A DNA stretch of 24,541 nucleotides from Candidatus Sigynarchaeum calidifontis (GTDB lineage: Archaea > Asgardarchaeota > Lokiarchaeia > Sigyniarchaeales > Sigyniarchaeaceae): contig JAUQYZ020000039.1 of assembly GCA_030587475.2 (NCBI GenBank), positions 1-24,541 of the forward strand, given 5' to 3'. Both the position numbers and the translations under genes were made by a program. The notes under the pieces were generated by a model. That model saw nothing but the letters and a program-made list of their open reading frames with translations, had not been told where the DNA came from and did not search any database. Shown here in pieces: positions 6,530 to 15,629 of the stretch. Position 1 is the stretch's first letter. Each line of letters begins with the position of its first letter.

Positions 6530-9268
6530 TCATGTTCCCGAAGGTTGCACAAGTTTCTGCGAGAGCTTGAAGGTCAATATCTTCGATTTCGGCACGTCTA
6601 GAAGGATCGACGATGCAATGTCATCCTTCTCGACATCCACGCGGGCGATCACGTTCTCCTCCAGGTCCACCAGTTCAACCATGGTAAACTTGATTCCCAG
6701 CTTGAGCCGGCCTCGGACAGCACTTGTCTTCGATGCGTTGTACAGCCGCAAGATGATGCCATCCGACCCTTCCGCTTGTTTCAAACACGATAACACGAGC
6801 TCGGGCGGATCTAGCTCGATGAAGGAACTGGTCATGAGCAGGAACGGGGACGGCGCGGGGATGTTCGGGAAATAACCTTGGTACTTGTTGTGCGCGCCGC
6901 GGTATTCAGCATGGACCGGATAGCGAAAGCGCATGGCATCACGAAACGCGCTCGGGAAAAGGGAACCATCATGTGGGATGATGCAATATTCCAAATCGAC
7001 CGGGCCTGGTACTTCCGTTAGTTGCACGGTGACCGGGGATGTCTTGTTGATATGCAATCCCCAGCCACGCGTGGACCGGAGCAGCGTGAGACCGATACGC
7101 ACCGTGCCATGCACTTGCTCGGTAGCCTCGTACTCGGGCAAGCCCTTATTCGCGATGAGCAATCCTTTTTTGCCGGGCACGTCCGACACGCTCACGAATC
7201 GATGCTGCATGGCTTGAGCCGTCGGCTTGACGATCCAACGATCACCCGGTGGAAGCTTGACGGGGCGTGTCGTGATGCCAAATGGACCGTCCACGTCCAC
7301 GTGACTCGAAACGATCCCGGTCGGGAAGGTACAACTGATCTTGTGATCACGCGCCTTGTTTTCCACGTGAACCGAGATCTCGACACGCGGATCGTCACCC
7401 GCGTTGACCTTGACGTAAAAAACGATGGGGAGTAGGAGGGAATGGCTCGATCGCCGCGCACGGTGTTCCGCCTCCGCTGGAATGTCCATCTCGATGGATA
7501 CCTTGATCGTGGCCGAGAAACCCGTGTTTTCAACGAGCTCACTTCGGGCGTTTCCCTTGGTGGATGAAATCGGGACATCGCCTTCAATCGGCTGGAACTC
7601 GTAACCGTCGCCGATGTCCGAGATGTCCTCGAAGGCGTTGAGTCCACGGTACATGTTGCCGTTTCTTTTATCGAAAAGATCGATGGTGCCATTTGGATTA
7701 ACATCAACCGAGATTACATCGTTTTCGACATGGCGGCTATCGGCTTTCAGAGACCTTTCCATCTCGATCTCGCGCTCGGTCGCTTTTTTCTGGATTGAAG
7801 GGATCAGGACAAGAGTCGTGTACCCGAGCGCCGGGACCTCCACGGTCTCCACGTGCAACTTGTAGAACCGCTTGGGCCGGTTGCCATGGGATCCAACGAA
7901 TTTCCGCACGAGAAAGATCTCCTCGTTGCCCGTGGGCACGGATTCAAACCTTGATTTCAACGCTTGACCCGATGCGTCCATCAACGTGAACCCGCTCTCC
8001 AAATCGAAATTCACGGGGATAATGAGCGTGACCGGTTCTATGCGAGTAAACTCGAGCGGGTTGAACAAGACGATTTCTACCTGGGAATCATTGATTTTCG
8101 GCACCTTTATCCGGGACGTGATATCGAGGAACGCCCAGTTACGCGTTTCCTCCGCGTTCTGGATGGCCACGTCGAACCGCGTGTCCATCTCTTTCATGAC
8201 CTGGTTCCAGGATGCTGTCCAGGCGCTGTCGTGGGCCTGGTTCTTGAGCAATTCCCGCCATGCTACCGTTAGAAAGCCACGATAATCCATCCCGGTGATG
8301 CTGGTCGAGATCGCCGCCAGGGGCTCGGCATATCGCTCGAGCAAGTCGTGGGCGAGGGCATTCCGCCGCTTGAGGGGCATGCAAGACGAGTACACGCCCT
8401 GGAACGCGCGCTGGTATCTGGCCCCCCGCAGCTCGCCCTCGTAGGCGGGCAAGTCTGGCTTCTCATCGAGCACGCGACGCACGAATTCTTCCATCGTTCC
8501 GAGCTGGAGCGTGCCCTCGTCTTCCGTGATCTCGTCGATTTCATTCCATGCCTTGATCGCTGCTGGAAGCACGTGCTCTGGCAAACGGTGATCATCGCCA
8601 GAGAACAAGAGCGACCATCGCGTTGCTTTCTTGATCTGCTTGATCTGCGCACGTGCGAACACGAGCATGTCGACGGCAAGCTCTGGCTGCTCGGGCAAGC
8701 CGGAGCCCATTCCATACCCACCGATCAAGTGCAGCGCGAGCACGGAAGACCCGTCCGGTGCCTTCCACTCGAATTCGAAGCCGAGACCGTGCTCCTCTTG
8801 CTGGTTCCCCATGCTGCGACCGAACGCCATGGCATTGATGCCGAAGCCGGCGAAGATTTGCGGCATCTGCTCGAAATGGTTGTACTGGTCGGGAATGTAC
8901 CCGACCTTCATTGGCCTCACGCCCCACTCGCGCGAGATGGCATGGCCCACGAGCAAATTGCGGACATACCCTTCCCCGGTTTGAAGCCATGCATCGCTTA
9001 AAACGTAATATGGCCCGATCTGGATCCGCCCCGCCTTGATCAGCGCGCCGAGGCGCCCTCTCATTTCCGGGCGGATCTCGAGATAATCCTCGAGCATGCA
9101 CGTCTGCCCGTCGAGCATGAAGGACGTGAATTCATTATCTGTCTCTAATAAATTAACGAGTTTATCCATCATGGCAACCAAACGAAACCGCATCAGCGAA
9201 AACGGCAAATACCATTCCCGGTCCCAATGCGTATGGGAAATGATAATGTTCTTTTCATCCTTGCCCAT
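6530..9268 (-). CDS. Glycoside hydrolase family 38 alpha-mannosidase (MngB-like), cytoplasmic
   Basis: SHTHWDREWY Zn motif, LDGQT, IQIGPYY…D, GYIPDQYNH nucleophile region, GDDH, NQAHD, LTLLRS. No signal peptide. Confidence 0.95.
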   Translation of the reverse strand: MGKDEKNIIISHTHWDREWYLPFSLMRFRLVAMMDKLVNLLETDNEFTSFMLDGQTCMLEDYLEIRPEMRGRLGALIKAGRIQIGPYYVLSDAWLQTGEGYVRNLLVGHAISREWGVRPMKVGYIPDQYNHFEQMPQIFAGFGINAMAFGRSMGNQQEEHGLGFEFEWKAPDGSSVLALHLIGGYGMGSGLPEQPELAVDMLVFARAQIKQIKKATRWSLLFSGDDHRLPEHVLPAAIKAWNEIDEITEDEGTLQLGTMEEFVRRVLDEKPDLPAYEGELRGARYQRAFQGVYSSCMPLKRRNALAHDLLERYAEPLAAISTSITGMDYRGFLTVAWRELLKNQAHDSAWTASWNQVMKEMDTRFDVAIQNAEETRNWAFLDITSRIKVPKINDSQVEIVLFNPLEFTRIEPVTLIIPVNFDLESGFTLMDASGQALKSRFESVPTGNEEIFLVRKFVGSHGNRPKRFYKLHVETVEVPALGYTTLVLIPSIQKKATEREIEMERSLKADSRHVENDVISVDVNPNGTIDLFDKRNGNMYRGLNAFEDISDIGDGYEFQPIEGDVPISSTKGNARSELVENTGFSATIKVSIEMDIPAEAEHRARRSSHSLLLPIVFYVKVNAGDDPRVEISVHVENKARDHKISCTFPTGIVSSHVDVDGPFGITTRPVKLPPGDRWIVKPTAQAMQHRFVSVSDVPGKKGLLIANKGLPEYEATEQVHGTVRIGLTLLRSTRGWGLHINKTSPVTVQLTEVPGPVDLEYCIIPHDGSLFPSAFRDAMRFRYPVHAEYRGAHNKYQGYFPNIPAPSPFLLMTSSFIELDPPELVLSCLKQAEGSDGIILRLYNASKTSAVRGRLKLGIKFTMVELVDLEENVIARVDVEKDDIASSILLDVPKSKILTFKLSQKLVQPSGT

Positions 9269-9347
9269 CTAACTCACTCTTGAAAGGAGAGGACATGTCA
9301 ACGCGGCACGAGTATTGTCCACGTTAACGATGGTCTAGCAAAGGCTC

Positions 9348-9361
9348 CAAAAGTATAAAAC
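9348..9361. promoter_or_regulatory. BRE/TATA-like box, possibly serving both divergent genes
   Basis: CAAAAGTATAAAA reads as TATA on both strands. It is the only AT box in the 128-bp gap. SD-like GAGTGA precedes both start codons. Confidence 0.45.
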
Positions 9362-9396
9362 GATTCGTGCGCATTTGACCCTCGAGTGATAACCCG

Positions 9397-9720
9397 ATGC
9401 CAGATTTGCTCAAGATGGAGAAGCTAGTTGATACCCTCGAAAAGACCGTTACCACGCTTAATCAGCTTTCGGAAAATTTTTCAGCGGGGATGGAAAAGAT
9501 GGTAGACTCGCTCGTCAAGACACAAAACACGATCGACCACATGGCAAAAGCGGTCGAATCGCTTTCCGAGCGCACGGGCGCGGCGATGGAAAACATGAAC
9601 GGCAAGTTCGACAAGCTCATCTCGACGCTCGTGAACCTGAGTAAAGATTCGCCGTTGCTCAACCCGCGATCCGTCGTTTCCTCGGCGAAGGACATCGTCT
9701 CGGACATCTTGAAGCGATGA
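9397..9720 (+). CDS. Small all-helical coiled-coil protein, 107 aa
   Basis: SD GAGTGA. Heptad/hendecad periodicity and an internal repeat MEKLVDTLEKT / MEKMVDSLVKT. Confidence 0.85.
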   Translation: MPDLLKMEKLVDTLEKTVTTLNQLSENFSAGMEKMVDSLVKTQNTIDHMAKAVESLSERTGAAMENMNGKFDKLISTLVNLSKDSPLLNPRSVVSSAKDIVSDILKR

Positions 9721-9771
9721 AAGTTAAACCTTGTAAATTTCTCGCTGATCTAAAAAGGGCGTCGTTTTGGA

Positions 9772-9826
9772 AAGAAAAATCGAAATGAAAAGACAAGGAA
9801 AAAAAGGAGGAAAATGAGCTCCTTTT
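9772..9826 (-). terminator. Hairpin plus U-tracts terminating the beta-propeller gene
   Basis: Inverted repeat AAAAGGAG-9nt-CTCCTTTT at 9802-9826, followed on the minus strand by several T runs. Confidence 0.55.
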
Positions 9827-11181
9827 CAAAGCCTCTTGCGGCTTTTTTTCAAGATCAACACGGGTAGCGTGGCGATGATCACGAGAACTAATAACAAGGA
9901 AGGATAGCCACTCACGCCAGGCTCCGTGCCCGGCGAATCTTTTGTCCACTTGATGAAGAATATATCGTAGTCGTTAACGGTGCTGTTGACATCCATCGTT
10001 CCGGCCGTGTAAATGGCACTTGAATCCCCGGCGATCGCACACATCTGGCCAAGAGTCGCGAAAGCATATGTTTTGCTTGAAACATAAACGCCAGATGCCG
10101 TGAACTCGGCGAGTATTCCTGCCAAATTACCGTACATGTCACGCCGGTCGCCGCAAGTGAAGATCGAATTCCCACTTTTCCACATCGAGGATATCGTCAT
10201 CTCGTATCCACTTTGCCCCCAGGTGGCGTTCCACGTGGGCACGCAGTTGGAATTCCACCCAACAATCGCGATGTTATGCGATGCCCCGCCCGTGGTGCTG
10301 AAAGTCCCGCACGTAATGATACTGGCACCAATCAAGCAGATATCCACGCTATAGTCCCCATTATTGTTACCAATCGTGCCGATCGTCCCGTTTTTTGCGA
10401 CAGTGCCATTGCCGTACCATTTCACGAGCGACATGTCAAAATTCGTAGAATCGCTTACCCAACTGCTCCCCGTCGTGTAGATGAACGTGCCATCGCCTGA
10501 TACTGCCTTGAAGAAATCGCTTTTTGGATATCCCCAATCATGTGCCCAGGACATGGTGCCATCAGTGGGATCCCATGCAACTAGTAAAGCGTTGATATTT
10601 TCCCCGCTAACCGTTAAAAAACCGGCAGTATAAATAGCCGATGCGTTTCCCCATACCGCTTCGCCGCTATCATATCCAGGAGAGCTGTATGTCTTGTTCC
10701 AAACGTGTTCGCCCTTGGAATCCCATTTCACGAGGAGCAGGTCGTTCCCGTTCAACGCGGTGTCGGTCATTCCGACAGTATAGATGTACGTCCCGTCTCC
10801 CCAGACACCGCGTCCTTCCTCATCATAATTCGGGTCATCAAAGTATGAAACCCATTCGGGAGTTCTCGTCGCAATGTTGAATTTAACCAGGACCAGCGCA
10901 TTACCCGTTGTCAATTCAGCATGGCCAGTAACGTACATGCTGCTACCATTATACCACGCCTTGCCCTGGCACCAGTCACCAAGAGAACCGTTCCAGGTGC
11001 TGATCCATGATACCGAGTACCCCGACGATACGATTTCCGGCGCCGCGAGCTTGCGGGAACGAGCGGTCGATGACGTGCTCGTCACTGAAAACATAAACGT
11101 ACCATAAACGATCAGAGCTATTAAACCCAAGATGATCGAGAATGGCTGTGTTGTGCACTCGTGTTTCATCCGTCCTTTCAC
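9826..11181 (-). CDS. Secreted/surface 7-bladed beta-propeller protein (SBBP-like repeats) with C-terminal Loki-CTERM-like anchor
   Basis: N-terminal hydrophobic segment. Seven ~50-aa repeats with IYTxG-like and LLVKW-like strands. Many N-x-S/T sequons. Tail PGTEPGVSGYP + TM helix + KKSRKRL. Start may be ATG 11169. Confidence 0.85.
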   Translation of the reverse strand: MKGRMKHECTTQPFSIILGLIALIVYGTFMFSVTSTSSTARSRKLAAPEIVSSGYSVSWISTWNGSLGDWCQGKAWYNGSSMYVTGHAELTTGNALVLVKFNIATRTPEWVSYFDDPNYDEEGRGVWGDGTYIYTVGMTDTALNGNDLLLVKWDSKGEHVWNKTYSSPGYDSGEAVWGNASAIYTAGFLTVSGENINALLVAWDPTDGTMSWAHDWGYPKSDFFKAVSGDGTFIYTTGSSWVSDSTNFDMSLVKWYGNGTVAKNGTIGTIGNNNGDYSVDICLIGASIITCGTFSTTGGASHNIAIVGWNSNCVPTWNATWGQSGYEMTISSMWKSGNSIFTCGDRRDMYGNLAGILAEFTASGVYVSSKTYAFATLGQMCAIAGDSSAIYTAGTMDVNSTVNDYDIFFIKWTKDSPGTEPGVSGYPSLLLVLVIIATLPVLILKKSRKRL

Positions 11182-11273
11182 TTGTGGAATAAGCCCACCA
11201 TGGATAGATCAGAGTGAAGAGTAATAAAGGATCTTGCTGGAAGACAACTGTCATGATACTCTGAAGGCATAGA

Positions 11274-13634
11274 TCACCGGGCGATCTTCTCTAGAATCAT
11301 CGACAACAAGAGAATGGCCGCTTTTTTCGATAATGGCTCGTTCCCGTTCCCGCACTTCGGCGATTGGATGCATGACGGGCAGCCCGTGTCGCCCTTGCAC
11401 GGGCATGATCGGACCAGCGCCAACGTGTCCTCGAGCAGCGGGATGATGTTGTCCTTTGCCTTCTCGGCAAGACCGATCCCGCCCGGGAAGGCATCGTAGA
11501 TGTAAATCATGGGCTTCTTGTACAGCGGATCGATATCGATGCTCACGCCGCCGACGTCCCACCGGCTACAAAGCACGTTCTTCGGGAACAGGCCGATCGC
11601 CCCATGTTCGACCGCGTGGATCCCGCCGCCCAGGGCCTTTTTCCCCGTCACGTCGATCGCAACCTGCACGTCCAGGGGGATGTTCAACCAGACGGCCTTC
11701 GTGTTGAACGCGGTCTTCGGTAGCTCGAGCGGGCGGTATTCGATCACCTCGGACGTGTCGATGGATTTTACCGCGTATCGCGTGTACTCGTGTTCAACCC
11801 GCACGTCACCAAAGTATACCTCCAGCGCCTCGAGGCCCGGCCCGCGGGAATAAACCTTGGCGGGCTCGATGGCCTTTGTATCCGCGACCGGTTCGAATCC
11901 AATTGAGTTAATCGATATCGGGAAGATGCGTGTCTCGTACAAGGCTTGGGTGTAGTAATTGACATCTTCGCGTCGGAGCATGACCTCGTGTTCCCGGAGG
12001 TCGAGCTTTTCAACCTTGTAAGTCTCTGCCATGAAGAGGAAAATCGCGCCCTCGTGCAGCGTGGAAAACACGCGACTCTCGGTCTCCGACGTGATGAGCC
12101 GCCTCTTCCCGCCCGCGATCTCGAACACCTTGTAATTCTCCGATGGGATGGAATTGAGGCTGGTCCGCTCCGCGGGGAAATCGTTTCGGCTGTAAAAATA
12201 ACGTCCCCCGACCTTGTGCACGGCTTTTTCCGAGACGAGCTGTTCCACGATCTCGCGAGCTTTCGGGCCGAAAAAAGAGAGATCCATCTCGTGAAGCGGG
12301 ATTTCCTTGATTCCACACTCGAGCTGGCCTTTCACGATGTACGGGTTGCAGAGATCGATGATGGCATCCTCGTGCGTCTTGGAGAAGAAATAGCCCGGGT
12401 TGTTGACGTAATACTGGTCGAGTGCGTCGCTGCCCGCGATGAACACGACGAGCGAGTCGCTCGATGACCGGCCGCACCGCCCGGCCTGCTGCCAGAACGA
12501 CGTGATGGAGCCCGGGAAGCCCGATATGATCACGATGTCGAGGCTACCCACGTCGATGCCAAGCTCGAGCGCCGACGTCGCTGCGACGCCGACGAGCTCT
12601 TTTTCACGCAGCTTTCGCTCCAGTGCCCGGCGCACCTTGGGGGGGTACCCGGCGCGGTAGGCCATCACGCGGTTAGCCATTGGCGAATCAACAAGGCTAT
12701 CCTTGACCCACCGTGCTTGGAGCTCGGCCATTTTCCTGCTCTGTGTGAAGACGAGCGTCTGGAACGAGTTGAGCGTGAATGTCTTGAACAGTTCCCTCGT
12801 GTCCTGGTGGTGAGATAGCCGTTTTCCGAGCCCGTCGACGAACATCGGGTTCCAGAACCACACGTGCTTTCCCGCGTTGCCCGATCCATCGTTGTCGACC
12901 AGCTCGAACGCCAGGCCCGTGAGTTTCATGGCCAACTCGAGAGGATTGCCGATCGTGGCCGAGCAGAAGATCCACTGCGGGATGCGCTTGAATGCCATCG
13001 CCGCGCGCTGGAGCCGGCGCATCAAGAACGCGATGTTGGAACCAAACACGCCGGAATAGACGTGTATCTCGTCGAACACGATGAAAGAGATATGATCAAA
13101 GAATTCTTTCCACAGACCCACGTTTCCTAGGTATTGATGGATACCATACGGATTCGTGATTATAATTTTGCATCGCGACCGGATCTTTCGCTTTTCTTCA
13201 GCAGATGCATCGGCGTCGTATACCCCGGCGAGCTCCTTGGGCAAGCCGACCGCATCCAGCAGCGAGCACACCTTGACGTGCTGATCCTGCGCGAGTGCTT
13301 TCAAGGGAAAGACAAGCAAGGCGGATGATTTGGCCCCGGATTTCAGCAAGGCATCGATGATGGGAAACAGATAACACAGCGACTTGCCCGAAGCGGTCGA
13401 CGTGGCCACGATCACGTTCTTTCCGCGCGATACATGGCCGATAGCTGTCGCTTGGTGCGAGTAGAACGAGATACCCGTGTCGCCGATGTATCGCTCGAGC
13501 ACGGGATGGAACGTGCCGGGCGCCACCTGGCCGAATACAGGATCCCTTGGAGAAATCACGTGGTCGTGCACCACGCTGCGCCGTATTTTTGCCCCGTTAG
13601 CCTTGATCGACTGCAAGAAGGTTTCGAGAGGCAT
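11274..13634 (-). CDS. DEAD/DEAH-box helicase with DUF1998 Zn domain (MrfA/YprA/Hrq1 family)
   Basis: Q motif YSHQ, TASGKS, DEIH, SAT, ALELGIDVG, QQAGRCGR. C-terminal IYDAFPGGIG and CxC…CxxC…C. Confidence 0.95.
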   Translation of the reverse strand: MPLETFLQSIKANGAKIRRSVVHDHVISPRDPVFGQVAPGTFHPVLERYIGDTGISFYSHQATAIGHVSRGKNVIVATSTASGKSLCYLFPIIDALLKSGAKSSALLVFPLKALAQDQHVKVCSLLDAVGLPKELAGVYDADASAEEKRKIRSRCKIIITNPYGIHQYLGNVGLWKEFFDHISFIVFDEIHVYSGVFGSNIAFLMRRLQRAAMAFKRIPQWIFCSATIGNPLELAMKLTGLAFELVDNDGSGNAGKHVWFWNPMFVDGLGKRLSHHQDTRELFKTFTLNSFQTLVFTQSRKMAELQARWVKDSLVDSPMANRVMAYRAGYPPKVRRALERKLREKELVGVAATSALELGIDVGSLDIVIISGFPGSITSFWQQAGRCGRSSSDSLVVFIAGSDALDQYYVNNPGYFFSKTHEDAIIDLCNPYIVKGQLECGIKEIPLHEMDLSFFGPKAREIVEQLVSEKAVHKVGGRYFYSRNDFPAERTSLNSIPSENYKVFEIAGGKRRLITSETESRVFSTLHEGAIFLFMAETYKVEKLDLREHEVMLRREDVNYYTQALYETRIFPISINSIGFEPVADTKAIEPAKVYSRGPGLEALEVYFGDVRVEHEYTRYAVKSIDTSEVIEYRPLELPKTAFNTKAVWLNIPLDVQVAIDVTGKKALGGGIHAVEHGAIGLFPKNVLCSRWDVGGVSIDIDPLYKKPMIYIYDAFPGGIGLAEKAKDNIIPLLEDTLALVRSCPCKGDTGCPSCIQSPKCGNGNEPLSKKAAILLLSMILEKIAR

Positions 13635-13652
13635 GGTGGAACACCTGGATCG

Positions 13653-14783
13653 TTATTCACGCCCGCTTTGCGGGGAGTAGGGCTGGTCGTTCGCTCTTGC
13701 CTTCGCGTAGGACTTCCGCAGAGCCCATCCAAGCAGGTCGTGGAGTGATTTCACGTCAATCATGTTATGGTGAAGTACACGAAGCATATCTGCCGTTTCG
13801 AAGTCTATATCAACAAATGTCTCGTTGATGCCCGATCGCGCCACTGGCAAGGTCTGTCTGTTGCCCATTGCGGCTTTCATCGAGCTGGTGAATGCGGGCC
13901 CGCCGCCGCGGGCAACGAATCCCTCGTATATGGCCGGGATCATCGCAGATGGCACGTCGAGGGCGCGGGTCGCGTGCAAGATCGATGCCTCGAAATGGAC
14001 AAGGCGGGTGCGCCGCTTCAATCCTTGAACCCGTCGCAACTCGTGCAAGAGGTCGACGTGATGACGGTCAAACACGCCGTCCGTGTCGCCGAGATAGTAC
14101 CATGCCCGGCTTTTCAGGACAGGCACGTCAAAAGCCTTGCCGTTGAAGCTCACGATGCAATCGACGCCGTTAAGGATATCGACCGCCCGCTTCACGATGG
14201 TGAATTCCTCTGTATAGTCCCGCGCGAATAATTGTGTTATCTTGAACAGCTTTTCCTCTGGCGCTGCGATGCCAATTGCAACAGCGAACACCCTCGAGCC
14301 CGGGTTCAGTCCAGTTGTCTCGATGTCAATGTATGCAACCTTCTCGGGCTTGAAACAGAACATGAGGTCGAGATCCTTGATGCGTCGCGTCGCCCGAAGC
14401 AATGCGAAACGATCATTATCGATCCAATCGAGCAACGAGGCGGCTTGGGTGCGCCACGACCTCCGTGACGAATATAAGAGGTCCTCGAGCCGTCTCAAGC
14501 CAGATCTCGCGAGCTTGTCGCGGGTTCGTTCCCCGATGCCCTTCACGATGCAGACATCACGCCGTATTTTTGCCCGGGACAAGGAAAAGAGCAGTTTATC
14601 AGGGAACAATGCATTCAAGGGAGAATGCCATTCGATTGCCAGGCACGTGCCCGCGTCGATCGAGATCTCGTCGACAACGGCCTCGTCAAAGGGTTGCATG
14701 GTTGAAAGGGCGGTTTTAAACGTGCCACTTGTCGTATCGAGCATCATGGACACCCGCACGGGTTCAACGTTCTGCTTCGTCAA
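13653..14783 (-). CDS. RNase H-like 3'-5' exonuclease (YprB/MrfB family) with N-terminal HhH
   Basis: GIGERT HhH motif. ExoI DIETTG, ExoII FNGKAFD, ExoIII HNMID. Adjacent to the MrfA-like helicase. Start uncertain (TTG 14783 or ATG ~14747). Confidence 0.9.
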   Translation of the reverse strand: MTKQNVEPVRVSMMLDTTSGTFKTALSTMQPFDEAVVDEISIDAGTCLAIEWHSPLNALFPDKLLFSLSRAKIRRDVCIVKGIGERTRDKLARSGLRRLEDLLYSSRRSWRTQAASLLDWIDNDRFALLRATRRIKDLDLMFCFKPEKVAYIDIETTGLNPGSRVFAVAIGIAAPEEKLFKITQLFARDYTEEFTIVKRAVDILNGVDCIVSFNGKAFDVPVLKSRAWYYLGDTDGVFDRHHVDLLHELRRVQGLKRRTRLVHFEASILHATRALDVPSAMIPAIYEGFVARGGGPAFTSSMKAAMGNRQTLPVARSGINETFVDIDFETADMLRVLHHNMIDVKSLHDLLGWALRKSYAKARANDQPYSPQSGRE

Positions 14784-14843
14784 AAGGCTTGCTTGTGCTC
14801 AATAGATTTCTCTTTCAAATAATAAGGTCCGCAGACCACGAAA

Positions 14844-15599
14844 TTAGTGAACCACGAGATCAAGCAGGTCAAGCTCGTCCCCGGCGAGCTTGACCATCTG
14901 TGGCAAGCGACCGCCCATGCCGACGCGATCCCCGCGGGCAGCAAAAACGCCGGTGACCAATGCAAACTTGTTGATACCTTCCACGGCTTGCCGCACGGCA
15001 GCCGATTCATCGCTCGCGGTGGTCATGTTGCATATCGCGGTGGCCGCGGCATCTGCAATGGAAGCATTGCCGCAAAACACGGTTACCACGTCCACGCTGC
15101 CGAAACTAATGGCATGGCCGATCGTTGCGGAGCTTGAGGCGATCCCGGAGATCGTCACGTCGCCTGGCGGGATGACGAAGCCAACGCGCGAGCCCAGGGA
15201 CGACTTGCCCGCGTAAAGCCCGATCGTAATCGGGCGACTCGCGCGCACGAGGATCTCGCCGCCATTTTCCATGACGAAATTTGCCATGCGACTTCCCCCG
15301 ATGCGCTCGTATACCTCGTCGACGAGCGCGCCGGCCACTGCCGCCATCGGGCCGACCCCGAACGGGGCTGTTGCATCGATCATGCGCTGGACAACGGTCG
15401 GGACTTCACGAAGACCTTCCCAGGACCACGGTTCCAGCGTCATCTTGAACTCGGGAAACCTGGCGATGAATGCCTCGAGTTCTGCCCTCGAGCGCTTGAG
15501 TTGCTCGATCGCCCTTTCGAATACCTGCGTCTCGTCGCATAAAATGATGCCGCGAGACTCGCCGACCTCGTACTTGCGGGTGATCAAGCCTTTCGCCAT
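14844..15599 (-). CDS. UPF0280 / COG2122 ApbE-like protein
   Basis: GVGPMAAVAG, ENGGEI, SSSATIGHAISFG, ADAAATAICN. Confidence 0.92.
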   Translation of the reverse strand: MAKGLITRKYEVGESRGIILCDETQVFERAIEQLKRSRAELEAFIARFPEFKMTLEPWSWEGLREVPTVVQRMIDATAPFGVGPMAAVAGALVDEVYERIGGSRMANFVMENGGEILVRASRPITIGLYAGKSSLGSRVGFVIPPGDVTISGIASSSATIGHAISFGSVDVVTVFCGNASIADAAATAICNMTTASDESAAVRQAVEGINKFALVTGVFAARGDRVGMGGRLPQMVKLAGDELDLLDLVVH

Positions 15600-15629
15600 G
15601 GATTCGCCTCTGACGCTCTTGTGGTGCCC

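Noticed and set aside
11888-11903. GGTTCGAATCC T-loop-like motif
   Set aside because: It lies inside the helicase CDS with only a 2-bp stem and no cloverleaf.
11274-13634. DUF1998 helicase as a DISARM/Druantia defence component
   Set aside because: No methylase, DrmA/DrmC/DrmD or Dru partners. The full-length MrfA architecture and adjacent YprB-type nuclease fit the repair pair.
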